A stretch of DNA of 64,000 nucleotides from Octopus vulgaris (GCA_951406725.2 OX597814.1:139686001-139750000), one strand, 5' to 3'. Shown: positions 38,630-51,440, counted from the stretch's first letter. The notes: a model not told the origin generated them from the letters alone. Program-made: numbers and translations.

Positions 38630-38856
38630 AATTGATATAGGATAAAATTTTTTTCGGGAAAAAAATTTTATCAATGGCCAGCATATCAAAAAATGCCTTT
38701 AAAGGTAAAATTTATACATAATTTACAAGATAAGGGCAAAAGAAAAATTTTAATGCCAGATACGCCGAAACAAAAAATTATCGATACAAAAAATTATCGA
38801 CAATTTTTTGTTTCGGCGTATCTGGCATTAGAATTTTTCTTCTGCCCTTATCTTGT

Positions 38857-38865
<9 letters not shown>
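38630..38865. repeat. foldback/palindromic element in (TA)n
   Basis: Arms 38718-38779 and 38802-38863 are near-perfect reverse complements. A second hairpin gataaaattttttt..aaaaaaattttatc lies at ~38642-38672. Confidence 0.9.
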
Positions 38866-38940
<75 letters not shown>

Positions 38941-39221
38941 CATATATATTCGATGGAAATTGTAGTTGTGATACCAGTGCCGGTGGCACATAAAAACCAC
39001 CAACCGATTGTGGCCATTGCCAGCCTCGCCTGGCATGTAAAAAGCACCCACTACACTCGTGGAGTAGTTGGCGTTAAGAAGGGCATTCAGCTGTAGAAAC
39101 ACTGCCAGATCAGACTGCACCTGGTGCAGCCTCCTGGCTTCCCAGACTCCAGTTGAACCATCCAACCCATGCTAGCATGGAAAGCAAGCGTTAAACGATG
39201 ATGATGATGATGATGATTCTT

Positions 39222-39602
39222 ATTCTTTTATTTGTTTCAGTCATTTGACTGCAGCCATGCAGGAGCACTGCCTTTTAGTTGAACAAATTGATACCAGGAC
39301 TTATTCTTTGTAAGCCTAGTACTTATTCTATTGGTCTCTTTTGCCGAACCACTAAGTTACGGGTACATAAACACACCAGCTTTGGTTGTCAAGCAATGGT
39401 TGTCAATGCAGACACACAAACATATATATATATATATATATATGGGCTTCTTTTAGTTTCTGTCTACCAAATCCACTCACAAGGCTTTGGTCAGCCCGAG
39501 GCTATAGTAGAAGACACTTGCCCAAGGTGCCATACAGTGGGACTGAATCTGGAACCATGTGGTTGGTAAGCAAGCTACTTGCTACACAGCCACTCCTGCG
39601 CC
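39222..39602 (-). mobile_element. near full-length SINE family B
   Basis: Minus-strand head ggcgcaggagtggctgtgtagcaagtagcttgcttaccaaccacatggttccagattcagtccc, core ccttgggcaagtgtcttc, internal (TA)n. Confidence 0.85.
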
Positions 39603-40455
39603 TGTATGTTTGTTTGAAATAAAATATTTACATAATCGACTGGTTTTGCCTGTGCTAATCATGACTAAGAGGTTAATTACAATGTTATAATTTTATACTA
39701 TCATAAGAAGTTTTCATTCCATTGTAGTAGAAAAAAACAATGGGTTACTTTCAGTTTCTGTCTACCAGATCCACTCACAAAGCTTTGGTCAGCCTGAGGT
39801 TTGACCAAGGGGTTACAGTGTGGGACTGAACCTGAAACAATGTGGTTGGAAAGCAAACTTTTGACTATACAGCTAAGGCCTGCACCTATTATGTAATAAA
39901 TAGATGACCAGTGAGATAAAGATGAATCATACTAAATCTTAGTTGTTAGAAATCTTGCATAGAGAATTATTTCTAAAACAGGGTTGAATTTGATGTTAAA
40001 GAGATACTGCACTTTGACACCTGTATGTGTCTTCATTAACCTAATTACAAACTAAGCTAGCATTTAAATCTGACCTGTCCAGTACAGCATAACCTGCTTA
40101 TCACTTTCACTGCTTAAGTTTCAAGGTGTGTCTCTGATTGTTTGTTAATTAGAAATCCAGTTGCTTGATGTTAAAAATAAAGAGGAGACAGCATTAATTA
40201 AAAAGTAAATAAGTAATAAAATAAATAACCTAATAAATATGTTGATTTTATTGGAATATTTTCTGTGCATATATGTGCATGTGTGCATGCATGAAACAAT
40301 CCTTCGATAGTTATGTGAAGAAAAATTATTGCTAAATTTTCAAGTGTTATCATGAGTTTAAAATACTGAATTTTGCAAATTTCAAATAGAATTATTTCTT
40401 TCAAAATATGGAAATTTATTAAAATATTTTTTCTTGCTTTCTTTCTTTCTCTTAG

Positions 40456-40500
40456 AAAGCTTCTTTTCCTATTAACTTTGCTGTCTGTTCAAATTATAAA
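40456..40500 (+). other. candidate 45-nt microexon
   Basis: Strong polypyrimidine acceptor ttcttgctttctttctttctcttag; donors gtatgt (40501) and gtaagt (40509); frame 0 is open (KASFPINFAVCSNYK). Confidence 0.25.
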
Positions 40501-42638
40501 GTATGTTTGTAAGTGCAGGCATATTTAATAGCAAACTATGTTAAATATTCTCCTTTACAACAGTGACCATCCTAGTTGTTAATAAAAGCTAAAAAGAAGT
40601 GATTTTGCTGTTATATATCTTTTTTGATAATTACAATTTCTTTTCTTATTTAGAGCATTACCTTACGTGTAATTTATAATTTAAGCTAAGCTTACATATT
40701 AAATCTCACATTCATTTCTAAAGGTCACATGATTTAATCTTTTATTGGTTAGGTTTCAGAAGTATATAAGACCACATTAGTATATATTACATTGGGTATA
40801 TAAGTAAAACATATTTGCGTAGAAGGTGCATCTTTCGATAACTGAAATCCTTAATATTTTATTCCTGTTTTCTGTACATGGCATTGTTCCCATGTAATCA
40901 GACTATATACAATTCTAAGTAAATAGCTTGCCAGAAATTAGGTTAATATAGCTTGGGATCCTTACCAAGAAGCCTAATCTAATTTTATCTGTATAGTTTT
41001 TTACATCTTTATATTTGAGGATAGCGATGTTTTTTATTAAATTGCAATATGATATAAATAAGATTGTGCCAATAGCAATGTACTGCTAGATATTCGTTTC
41101 GATGTACACACACAAAGTATTAGAGATTGTTAAGTTTTGGTCTGAGTAACTATACATTACATGTTTGGAGAAAACAATGGAAGAAGAACTGTTCCTCCAA
41201 GGTAAGAATGAAATAACTGCAGTAATTACTGGATTTGCCAAAGCAATAAAAATTATTATTGAATTTGTGGTATATCTTATGTGAAGTGAAGTAAGTCTTG
41301 TTACTAGAATGTAGTCATTTATAGTTAGTAAATTGAGTAAAAGATTGTGCATCTAAACTTAAGTTTAGAGCAGTGCTTCAAAACATGTTTTGATTACATA
41401 TAAGAATTTTCCAATTCTGCAGAGGGAAAGAAAAAAAATAAAAAGAATATATAGGAACCCAAGGAAAGTGATTTAAAAAATCTTTTACTTGTTTCACCGT
41501 TGGACTGTGGCTATACCGGGGCACTACCTTGAAGAGTTTTTAGTCAAAGAAATTGATCTCAGTACTTATTATTTTTAAACCAGGTATTTAGTCTATTGGT
41601 CTGTTTTGCCCAACTGTTACATTACAGGCGTGTAAACAAACTAACACTGGTTGTCAACTGGTTGTGGTGGGAGACAAAGACACACACACATGCACACACA
41701 CTCACACACACACATGCACATGCACACACACTCACACACACATGATGGAGCTTCCATACAGTTTCCATCTACAAAATTTGCTCTCAAGGCATTTGGTTGG
41801 CCTTGGACAATAGTAGAAGACACTTGCCCATAGTACAATACAGTGGGACTAAACCCAAAATCATGTGATTTCAAAGTGAGCTTCTTAACCACACATCCAT
41901 GCCTGCACCTAATGATTTGAAAAATAACAACATATGATGCTCAGAGAGGGCAGGGCAGTGCTCTTGACTCTTACAGGTTACATCAGTAGGTTGGTGGGTG
42001 TAGGAAATATGTAAGCATGGAGAGAGTTCCATAAGGTTATCCCCTGAAATTCTTTATTGTTTTCAAGTCATAATAGGTTTGAACGTCAAGGTCAACAAAT
42101 TCAAGTTATTTTATAGTCAACTGTAGACAATAGAATTTTGTTTTTATTCCAAATTTGTTTTATTTATTTATTTATTTATTTGTTTATTTATTGGAAGTTG
42201 TAACTAAATATTTTAAACAAATTCATTCTCTAAATAAAAGAATGAATTCAGACACTTGAATAAAGCTGATTTACTATACACAAATATGTTATGACACATT
42301 TTTGAAATTTTAGTTAAGAGAGGTAATTGGAATATGAAATTTCCTTCAACTAATGTAAGAAAACTATATACAAGTCATATTGAGAGTATTGAGATTCTCT
42401 ACAGCAGTAATCCTCCAATTTTTTTTTTTTACTTGCCAGTGAACTAGAGATCAAACAAAAGATTATCGGTGCACATTACCTGAAAAGTTAAATTTGGAAA
42501 GTTAAAAGAGCAAACTGTATTCGAAGTTAAAAATTTTGAGAGAATATTGAAAGCTATTGCTTGTTTTATTGAGCATACTTCTGTATATCACAAAATTATG
42601 AATTCTGTTTTTCCAGAAGCTTTAAATTATATTTTTAA

Positions 42639-43531
42639 CCCCTTAATGGATCAATTATTTTGACATGGCATTTCATTTCAGAGCATATTTTAAAATTTTC
42701 TTGTTTAATTATATACACTATGTTAATTACAAAAAAATGTTTTTTATTTTGTTTCCTTTATTTTTTATTATAGAAATTAAAATGTACTTTTACTCATTTG
42801 GATTTAAACGAGTTAAATTGGACATTGAAAAAATACATATAACTTAACTATCTTCGATTTTTTATAGGATTTATTGCTTTTAAATCAAAGGAAAATTTTT
42901 AAAAAATGAGATAGACAGTTTATTCAGAATGATCATTTTTAAGACAAGGAGTTACACACAAAGTTATCTTGCAGACATCACATATGTATCTGCTTTCTCT
43001 TTGAATCAAAAAAGCAATTGATTTCGTGCCATGCACGTGCATCTATCTGATTATCTTCTTTGTCATCTTCTGAAAAATTGTCAGAGTTTGAACTACATAT
43101 GTCTAATTCATCCCTAGAGCTTTCCAGATTGTGAAATGAAAAATCACTTTCGTGATCGCTGAATATATTTAAATCTTCATCCATTTTTAGAAAAAAAATG
43201 CGTAAATAATTCTCTTATTTGTATAAATAATAGAAAATCAAAATGAGACAGTTCTAAAATGACACCAACCTCGTCCTGAATCTGAGTATCCATTGAAGTA
43301 AAAGTTCAAGACTCAGAAGCATAAATTCTTTGAAATGGCACCAGAATATGTGCTGCCAGGCGTATGACAAAGCGAGAAAATTCATGATTGCTCAAAAAGG
43401 AAATAACACAAAACAAATAAACTCGTTTGAGTGCTAAAATTAAAAAGTTAATTTTGACCGAGTATACTCGTCTGGTTCTAAAAAGATACATTTGTGATGC
43501 ATGAGTAAACTCGGGATAATCCATTAAGGGG
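42639..43531 (-). mobile_element. internally deleted piggyBac transposon
   Basis: TTAA|CCCCTTAATGGAT ... ATCCATTAAGGGG|TTAA (perfect 13-bp TIR, TTAA TSD). Acidic N-terminal ORF 42978-43184 is fused to a KRKQ..C....CVTPCLKNDH-like remnant of the C-terminal Cys-rich domain. Confidence 0.9.
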
Positions 43532-43859
43532 TTAAAATCCATGGCACACTGATTTACCTCTAGTGGTTTGATGATTACAGCTGGATGCCTTTCCTAGTGC
43601 CAACTATTTTACAGAGTGTGCGTTTTTTTTTTTTGCAGCTCAAACACTAGTGAGGTAACCATGCAGCTTGCATAACTGATATCCACTTCCACTGATTGGT
43701 ACTACATTAGAAAGGGTGGAGATGAGGGATTCAAGTGTGAAAGAGTAGGTCAGAGCAGAACAGGTTTCTTGCTGTAGACTATTCACACTATAGGATATGA
43801 CTTCTTACACTTATAGAAGAGAGGGTGGGAATGACTGGGGTGGAGCTGACAAGAGAAAA

Positions 43860-44262
43860 CATCCTTTCTACTGGAGGCACAAGGCCTCAAATTTGTTGGG
43901 GAGGGGGACTGGTTGATTACATCGACTCCAGTGTTTTACTGCTACTTAATTTATCAACCCCGAAAGGATGAAAGGCAAAGTCAAACTTGGCGGAATTTGA
44001 ACTCAGAATGTAGTGACGGGCTAAATACCTATTTCTTTACTACCCACAAGGGGCTAAACACAGAGGGGACAAACAAGGACAGACAAATGGATTAAGTTGA
44101 TTACATCGACACCAGTGTGTAACTGGTACTTAATTTATCGACCCCGAAAGGATGAAAGGCAAAGTCGACCTCAGTGGAATTTGAACTCAGAACGTAACAG
44201 CAGACGAAATACTGATAAGCATTTCACCTGGAGTGCTAACGTTTCTGCCAGCTCGCTGCCTT
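43860..44262 (-). mobile_element. two adjacent/nested SINE family A copies
   Basis: The core ccccgaaaggatgaaaggcaaagtc occurs at ~43960 and again at ~44142. Confidence 0.85.
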
Positions 44263-45056
44263 GAAAGGACAAAAAATAGTGATGAGGAAATGTTAGGGTG
44301 GACCCTTGAGATATAAAGTGAGAAGAAGTTGGGACAAGAAAACAAGGAACATGAGTGGGTAGAGGTTGCGAGAGTATATGTAAATGAGAGATAATAAGAG
44401 ATAGGGATTCTCCTACAAAGTAGTAAGGAAAGTGAAAAGAAAAGTGTTTAGCATTAATAAAATATAATAATATTTATAATCTCTCATTGCATATTTATAG
44501 TAATCAATATTCAGCATGTTTAGAAAATTTACAAAAATTTGGGTAGAAGTCTGTAAATAATCAATAGAATAAACCTAAAATTATTTAATTTTTTTATTTT
44601 AATGTCTTAGTATAATCAAAATGTAAAACAGAACAATAGCTTTATAATTTTAATTGGCTTTAATTTAGTTTGTGAATTAATCAAATTATTCAAATTGTTC
44701 ATCTTCATGACCAGTGTATTGTTTTTTAATTGATTTAAAGTATAATTGGGTGAAATTAAAGTGATTAATGAATTAATACTGATTGGTTAATTTTTACCTA
44801 AACCAGGTGAAACTTACTGATGACTCTGTACTACCACCATCACTGCCATCATTATCATCATCACCACCACCACCACCATCATCATCAACATCTCCATTGT
44901 CATCCTTACCACCAACATCATCAATATTACATCTGCTTCCCATGCTGGCATGAGTTGGACAGGTCATTTGCTGCCATCCTAGACATAGTCATGAGACCAC
45001 ACTGCACTTGCCCATTTCATTTTGGCATGGTTTTTACAGCTGGAAATCCTTCCTAA

Positions 45057-45302
45057 CCCTAACCATTTTTACACAGTATGTGTTGGTGCATTCTATTGTG
45101 GCACCAGCACTAGAGAGGTTGTCAGGCCCTCAGTAAGACTAAAGGGTCATACCTGCCCTATGATGTCGCCACTCATTTACCCTAACCATTTTTACACAGT
45201 ATGTGTTGGTGCATTCTATTGTGGCACCAGCACTAGAGAGGTTGTCAGGCCCTCAGTAAGACTAAAGGGTCATACCTGCCCTATGATGTCGCCACTCATT
45301 TA
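45057..45302. repeat. perfect 123-bp tandem duplication
   Basis: ccctaaccatttttacacagtatg...ccactcattta appears twice; the duplication is also visible in ORF 45022-45468. Confidence 0.95.
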
Positions 45303-45406
45303 CCAACTACTTAACAGAATATATTGTGTTCATTTTGTCATTTCACCAGCTCTTGTGAATTTGAGTACCAGATCCTTACTGCTGTTTGTCTGTCTGTCTG
45401 TCTCTC

Positions 45407-45455
<49 letters not shown>

Positions 45456-45489
45456 ATGTGTAAATTGAAATGTACAGTATTATATATCC

Positions 45490-45830
45490 ATTACAGCCAA
45501 TCTTACCAATTGGTTTTCCGCTAGGGATTTCACAGAGTGTTAGGTAACAGTCCGATTATGTAACACTGTACTCATGAGAGGTAACCGTTATGGAATGAAA
45601 TATGGTGACTGCTCACTATTGTTGGTAGTGAATAGACAATAAATATAATTTCTGTCATGGTCAATGCGACAATCACACACTACACATCTTTCTTCCAAAC
45701 ACTGTTGCAAACAGCAGAAGTGAGCTAGAATGTTAAAACTTAGTGCACATGTGCGGCAGTGTTCAAGGTCAGTCTGTGTCAAGCAGCTTCACTCTGCATG
45801 CTTTAGCTTTGTTACTATGGCAACAGTCCA
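45490..45830. promoter_or_regulatory. candidate enhancer/alternative promoter (RFX X-box, NR half-site, E-box, CCAAT)
   Basis: GTTACTATGGCAAC (45811-45824), TCAAGGTCA (45763-45771), GCACATGTGC (45745-45754) and two CCAAT at ~45497-45512, in non-repeat sequence that retains several CpGs. Confidence 0.4.
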
Positions 45831-45851
45831 GATACTTATTGATCAGACAAA

Positions 45852-45892
<41 letters not shown>

Positions 45893-46159
45893 TGCACACA
45901 CACATACACACAATAAGTAAAGTTTGTTTTTAAAATATAATGAAACAAGTTTTATATAAACTTGCTTTAGATAATACTTAAATTTATTTGTCTTCATTAT
46001 TGTTGTTGTTCTTCACCCCTTTTCCCTATTTCCTTATTCCCCTTCCTATTATTTTCATTTTCTTCCTTTTTCTCCTTATCCAAACAAAATAGTAGTCAGA
46101 TAAAGAAAAGCAACTTAATTCTCATGTTTAATGTTTCTTTAATGTTCAGGAAAATAATT

Positions 46160-46262
46160 GTTGCTTTTTCTTTTATATTTTTCAGGTAAGTTTTCATGTT
46201 CAATCTTTCTGAGAAAACTATTTTGGTGTGTGATCTCAATGAATGTACAGCAACAGGTAACG
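46160..46262 (+). other. candidate recursive splice site with 71-nt RS-exon (46186-46256)
   Basis: ttgctttttcttttatatttttCAG|GTAAGT, followed by a second donor CAG|GTAACG at 46256/46257. Confidence 0.5.
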
Positions 46263-46322
46263 AATTTAAAAATCCTTCCATATGTGTGTCTGTTGAATGT
46301 TTGAATAAAATGATTCCATTCA

Positions 46323-46510
46323 TTGACTCTTTTGATACTAACCTGCCTCTGGCCAAGTCTGGTTTTATAATATAAATTTCTTTGTTTTAAAGTGGTCTAA
46401 AATTCAATGTTAATTCATGTTCTTACTAAATTATCTTACTAAATTTTTCACTATTTTAAAAATTAATTGAAATGTATTTCTACTAAAATGTGGCAGTGAA
46501 AAAAGGTTTA
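46323..46510. mobile_element. piggyBac-type MITE (degenerate); related copies at ~52224-52403 and ~54295-54420
   Basis: Ends resemble TTAACCCTTTTG(A/T)TAC...AAAAGGGTTAA. The internal motif aagctggtgtttggaa is shared by the 52.3 and 54.3 kb copies. Confidence 0.45.
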
Positions 46511-47857
46511 GATGTTGCTGATGTTAAATTTATAACTAAAATTTTATTTTATATCCATCTAAAAAAAAGTGAGCAGCTTGGTCAGTGAAAGCTCAAACAG
46601 AGCAGTGATCAAGATTTTTTGCATGATCTCTGAATAAGAAGAGAACCCTGATCCACATGTTACTTTCAGACTGGGGATAGATCCAGCTACTGAGGACAGA
46701 GTGGATTCTGCTAAAACCACTTAAAGGCAAGGCAGCAGTATCAAACTAGGTAACAGATTAGGTCTGCCTGTTTGAGTGTTGGACACATGAGTATTAGGGT
46801 TGTAGGTTTGATTCTCAGATCAAGCAATACATGGTGTCTTTGAGCAAGCTATTTCATTTCACACTACTTTATTTCACACAGCTATCAATGAGTATCATTG
46901 ACAGCTGGGGCTAACTCTTTAATGGACTGGTATCCTTTCAGAGCAAGAAGAGGGTTGTACACTGATTCACTTAAATATTACAGGAACTAGGATAAACCAT
47001 ACTCCAACAGTCCTTTAAAACTGACTTCAACTTCTTAAAATCCAGTACCTGCTACCTTTCACTTCTACTTTATGCTGTACACAGGCTACACAGGCTACAC
47101 AGGCTCTTGTTTTGATCTTATTCATATTTTATCAAGTATTATGACAGAGAATTTAATTTTTGATCAGATGCTTTTTATATTTTATCATTTTATATTTTAT
47201 TTACACATGTTCTTGGCGAAATATTGATCTCTCTAATCTGTTTAAGATTACTGCAGTATTGGCCACATCATTGCAGCGTTGCTGCAACACCAGCATCATT
47301 AATTTTTCTAACCAGCATTGAGACATTAGGGCTACAACGAACGTCTCACAAATATTCATTTTCTCGGCTATCACAAGTTTGGTTCATTTTTCTCCAACCT
47401 GTTGCAGTTACCTTCTTCTCAAGACTTACCTTTTCTCTAGAGAACTCATGTCATAACAACAATGCTACTGCTCAGCGACCAAATTAGGCCTTACTGTCTT
47501 GAAATGGTAAGAACCCATTTGATTAATGTAGCCCTAGATGTGGTGTTCATGAAAAAAAAAGTCATTTCTTTTATGTTTTTTTCGTTTACTTGTCTCAATC
47601 ATTGGACTGTGGTCATGCTGGAGCTCTGCCTTGAAGGGTTTTAGTCAAACAAATTGATTCTGGTTTTTATGTTTTTTTAAAGTATTTATTCTGTTGCCAC
47701 TTTAGCCAAACTGTTAATTACAGGGACGTAAACAAACCAATATCAGTTGACAGGTGTGCAAGGAGAATAGGACAACTACAAACACAAAGACACACAACAT
47801 AGATATGAGTGTGTGTGTGTATGTATGTATGTATGTATATATGTATATATGTATATA

Positions 47858-47900
<43 letters not shown>

Positions 47901-49451
47901 TTTTATTCTTTTACTTGTTTCAGTCATTTGACTGCAGCCATGCTGGAGTACCGCCTTTAGTCAAGCAAATTACCCCAGGACTTATTCTTCATAAGCCTAG
48001 TACTTATTCTATCAGTCTCTTTTTGCTGAACCACTAAGTTACAGGGACATAAACACGCCAGCATCAGTTGTCAAGCGATGGAGGGGGTACAAACAGTCCA
48101 GTGGATTTTAATCATCCCTGGAATGTGGACTATGGTCACAAAAAACATTTGATTTGTAGAAACGCACATAGTGATACATTAAAATATTTATAAAGCCGAT
48201 CTATGAATTATAACTGTTATTACTACATTTATTCTACGTTATATCTGTCAGTTTGGTGAGATCCCATAAAACTGCTGTTACATGTTGGAATCACTAGACC
48301 ATAGCTGTCATAATAAAATAGATGCTTTTATATGCATACTCAAAAATGTTTCCCATAAACAAACTTAAAGGGTATATATATGGGAAACGTTTTGACTGCA
48401 GCCATGCTGGAGCACTGCCTTTAGTCGAGCAAATCGACCTCAGAACTTATTCTTTGTAAGCCTAGTACTTGTTCTTGGATTCTATTTAGTTTCCATTGAC
48501 CAAATTAACTCACACATCATTGGTTGGGCTGAGACTATTGTAGATAACACTTGTCCGAGGTGCCAGGAAGTGAGACTGAACCTGAAACCACGTGGTTTTA
48601 AAGCAAGTTCCTTAACCACTGGTCAGGATTTGTATGTTGTTGATTATAAATTTACCCCATCAGGACTAACCTGGGACTATACAACAACTCTCAGTTCATA
48701 TTTTATCATTCATTTGTTTTACAATAAAATATATTGGATAACAGTAGCCTTGTTCCTGCATATTTTAATCAGTTTTTGAAACCCAATGGCTTTCTTATCT
48801 CAGATGTATTCAGCCTTTCCCATAAGTTAAACTGTACATCAAACTTATTGTTTCTCTCCAGCTGTTGTAGATTGGCTGCATTTACTGCTTACATTTCACA
48901 ACTACATCTCAGGCAACATTTGACTTTTCACTGTGTATTTATTGGTTTGAACAAAATGAAAACTAATGATTTGCAGGATCTATAATATCCTTTAATCCCT
49001 TAAGCTCTGATCACGAGATATCATGTAACAACTAAAATGTTGTCTTGCCCTGGATAATGAGATAATTCAGCCAAGAAAAATGCTTGTTGACTGCCAATCC
49101 TGAGATTTCTCCTGATTGTATGTTTCCGTATCCAAATTTATTTATGGAAATTTCTTTTAATGACTAACGTGAAAATGTTTTACAATTGTTGTTAGTCATT
49201 TTTATTGTTCAATTTTAGTCATAAAGCTAATTTAAATGTTTTTTTTTTCATCCTGAAAATGACACATATGCTACATGACTGAGAATCAGTTCTGAAGATG
49301 ATTTTTGAAAATCTTCTCTGTCACTGGTTACTGATAATACAATAATACTTAGCAAAAATGTTTCAATTTTACTTGAGCTGAGACAAACATTAGTACTCCT
49401 GATTTCCAATAGTTGTGAAAATGAAATTAAATAAGGTATTATATAAGTGGG

Positions 49452-49850
49452 CACAGGCATGGCTATGTGGTTAAGAAGCTCACTTTGTGTCATGTGGTTT
49501 TGAGTTCAATCTCACTGCGCAGCACTTTGAGCAAATACCTTCTATTATAGCCTGAGGCTTACCAATGCTTTGTGAGTGAATTTGGTTGACTGAAACTGTG
49601 TGGAAGCCCACCTGTCTGTGTGTATGTGTGTATGTATGTATGTGCTTGTATTTGTGTGTGTTTGTGTTTGTTCCACCAGTGTTGGTTTGTTCAGGTCCCT
49701 GCAATTTTTGTGGTTTGGCCAAAGAGACTGACACAATAAACACCAGACTTAAAAGATAAGCACTTGGGTTGATTTGTTCAAATAAAACCCTCCAGGGTAG
49801 CACTCCAACATGGCCACAGTCCAGTGAATGAAACAAGTAAGATATAAAAG
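49452..49850 (+). mobile_element. SINE family B
   Basis: gcacaggcatggctatgtggttaagaagc head, internal (TG)n, tgaaacaagtaagat tail. Confidence 0.75.
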
Positions 49851-50699
49851 ATAAATAACTGAGATCATTTCAGGACTTCCACAAAAGGAAATAGAAAGAA
49901 AACAAGAAATATAGTTTATAAATATACTTTCCACTGTTGTATTCTCAGTGGTGAAACTGCAACTGTTGACCACCGAGTAACATGGAAAAGAAAATATGTA
50001 AAAATTGTTCAAAACAGGCTGTTATGAGCTGCTGGAGGTAGCATTTACCACCTAAACTTATATGTAAATTGCTTTCAGTTACATCACATGGCTGATTTTC
50101 CAGATATTTATGGAAGTAAATTATTATTATTTTTTTTTTGCCATTAACATTTTGATTACATTTTTGTTGTATGTATTAATATTTTTATTCTGCATTTTTC
50201 TTTTTGCTTTATTTTACTATTTATTTCTTGTTCACATTCATTTTACTAAAATTTTCATATCATATTAAAAAATTATGCAATATAATTCTCAAGTGAATAA
50301 AATCATTTTTACAGCTCTTAAACAAACAGTTATTCTGGATTTTTTTTTTCTTTTACTTTTATTACTGAAAACTTTATAGAAATGTTAGAACTGAAGCATT
50401 GGGAAGAGTTTATCCATAAGAGATGTTTATTAATGAATGTTTTAAAAATATTGTTTGGGCACAGAGGAGAATGTACAGCTTATTCAGTCACTCTAGGCTT
50501 ATAGTGTTGCTAGGGGAAATGAAACATAAGGCTTAAAAAGTTATATTCATTTTCTAATAAAAATCCATTCGTGGAAAGACACTTCTTCTGTATCATGTTT
50601 CTGCAGAAGTTTCTGTAAAAGTTCATTGCAGCCTACTTTGTAAGAAACTGATGTAAGTAAGCATGGTGAAAAACTCTGGAATATAATCATCATCATTGA

Positions 50700-51440
50700 T
50701 TTGAGCTTGCTCAGATTTGCTTGACTTTATTCTACACACTTCTATTATCTTCCATGGTATGCGATAGTTATTTTCTATGATATCCGGTGTCATCTTTTAA
50801 CCGATTGATATATGTCTTTGTGAGAATGACCAATGCAATTACAACCATTTTGAGGTGCCTAAAGTAGTGTCCAGCACAGCTAACTTGTATTTCTCTTCTG
50901 GTGTCTAATACTCTAGGAAGCTTATTGAATAGTCTTTCATTATTGGAGTGTTCTTCCCAGAATGTATACAAAATGGTTTCCATGTAGGTGCCATTGTGCA
51001 TACTTTCAAACAGTTTAGTTAGGGTCCAGGCGGAAGGGCCATAACATAACACAGACTTAACCATTTTGGGGAAAGGGGTTTCTTTTCAGATTCATTTAGA
51101 TTTTCATATGATGCTGAAACTTTCAGTTGCTATCCAAGCTTTGCTGATATCAAACTTAATATCTGACTCTGTTGATACGATATTGCTTCTGAGATACATA
51201 AAAGAATATATCTGTTTTATTATACATTCCATGTTGTACCTGAGTAATTTTGTTGTCCTAACATTAGCATTGAGGCTGATGCTTCCTGCAGCACCTTCCA
51301 AACTGTGAAGTAGGGTTGTGGCTCTTGTAGTGATTTCTGACATTAAGTCTTAAGCCATCGGCACAATCTGCATCTGCTACTGCAAATGCTGCATATCTGG
51401 AACTTGTTAACTTTGTGTTTCTTGTGATCTCCTGAAGTGC
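50700..51440 (-). mobile_element. RTE-like LINE 3' fragment (decayed RT C-terminus)
   Basis: ATTLLHSLEGAAGSISLNANVRTTK...FMYLRSNIVSTESDIKFDISKAWIA, then VKSVLCYGPSAWTLTK...CAGHYFRH, matching the F.YLGS, VLLYG.E.W and FAGH..R motifs. Confidence 0.8.

Noticed and set aside
42470-42515. Minus-strand AG|GT juxtaposition (aacttttcag|gtaatg)
   Set aside because: Weaker donor and interrupted pyrimidine tract, on the opposite strand to the other splice signals. It shows that such motifs can occur by chance.
44820-45056. His-rich 78-aa ORF
   Set aside because: (CAT/CAC)n tail of an inverted RTE-type repeat.
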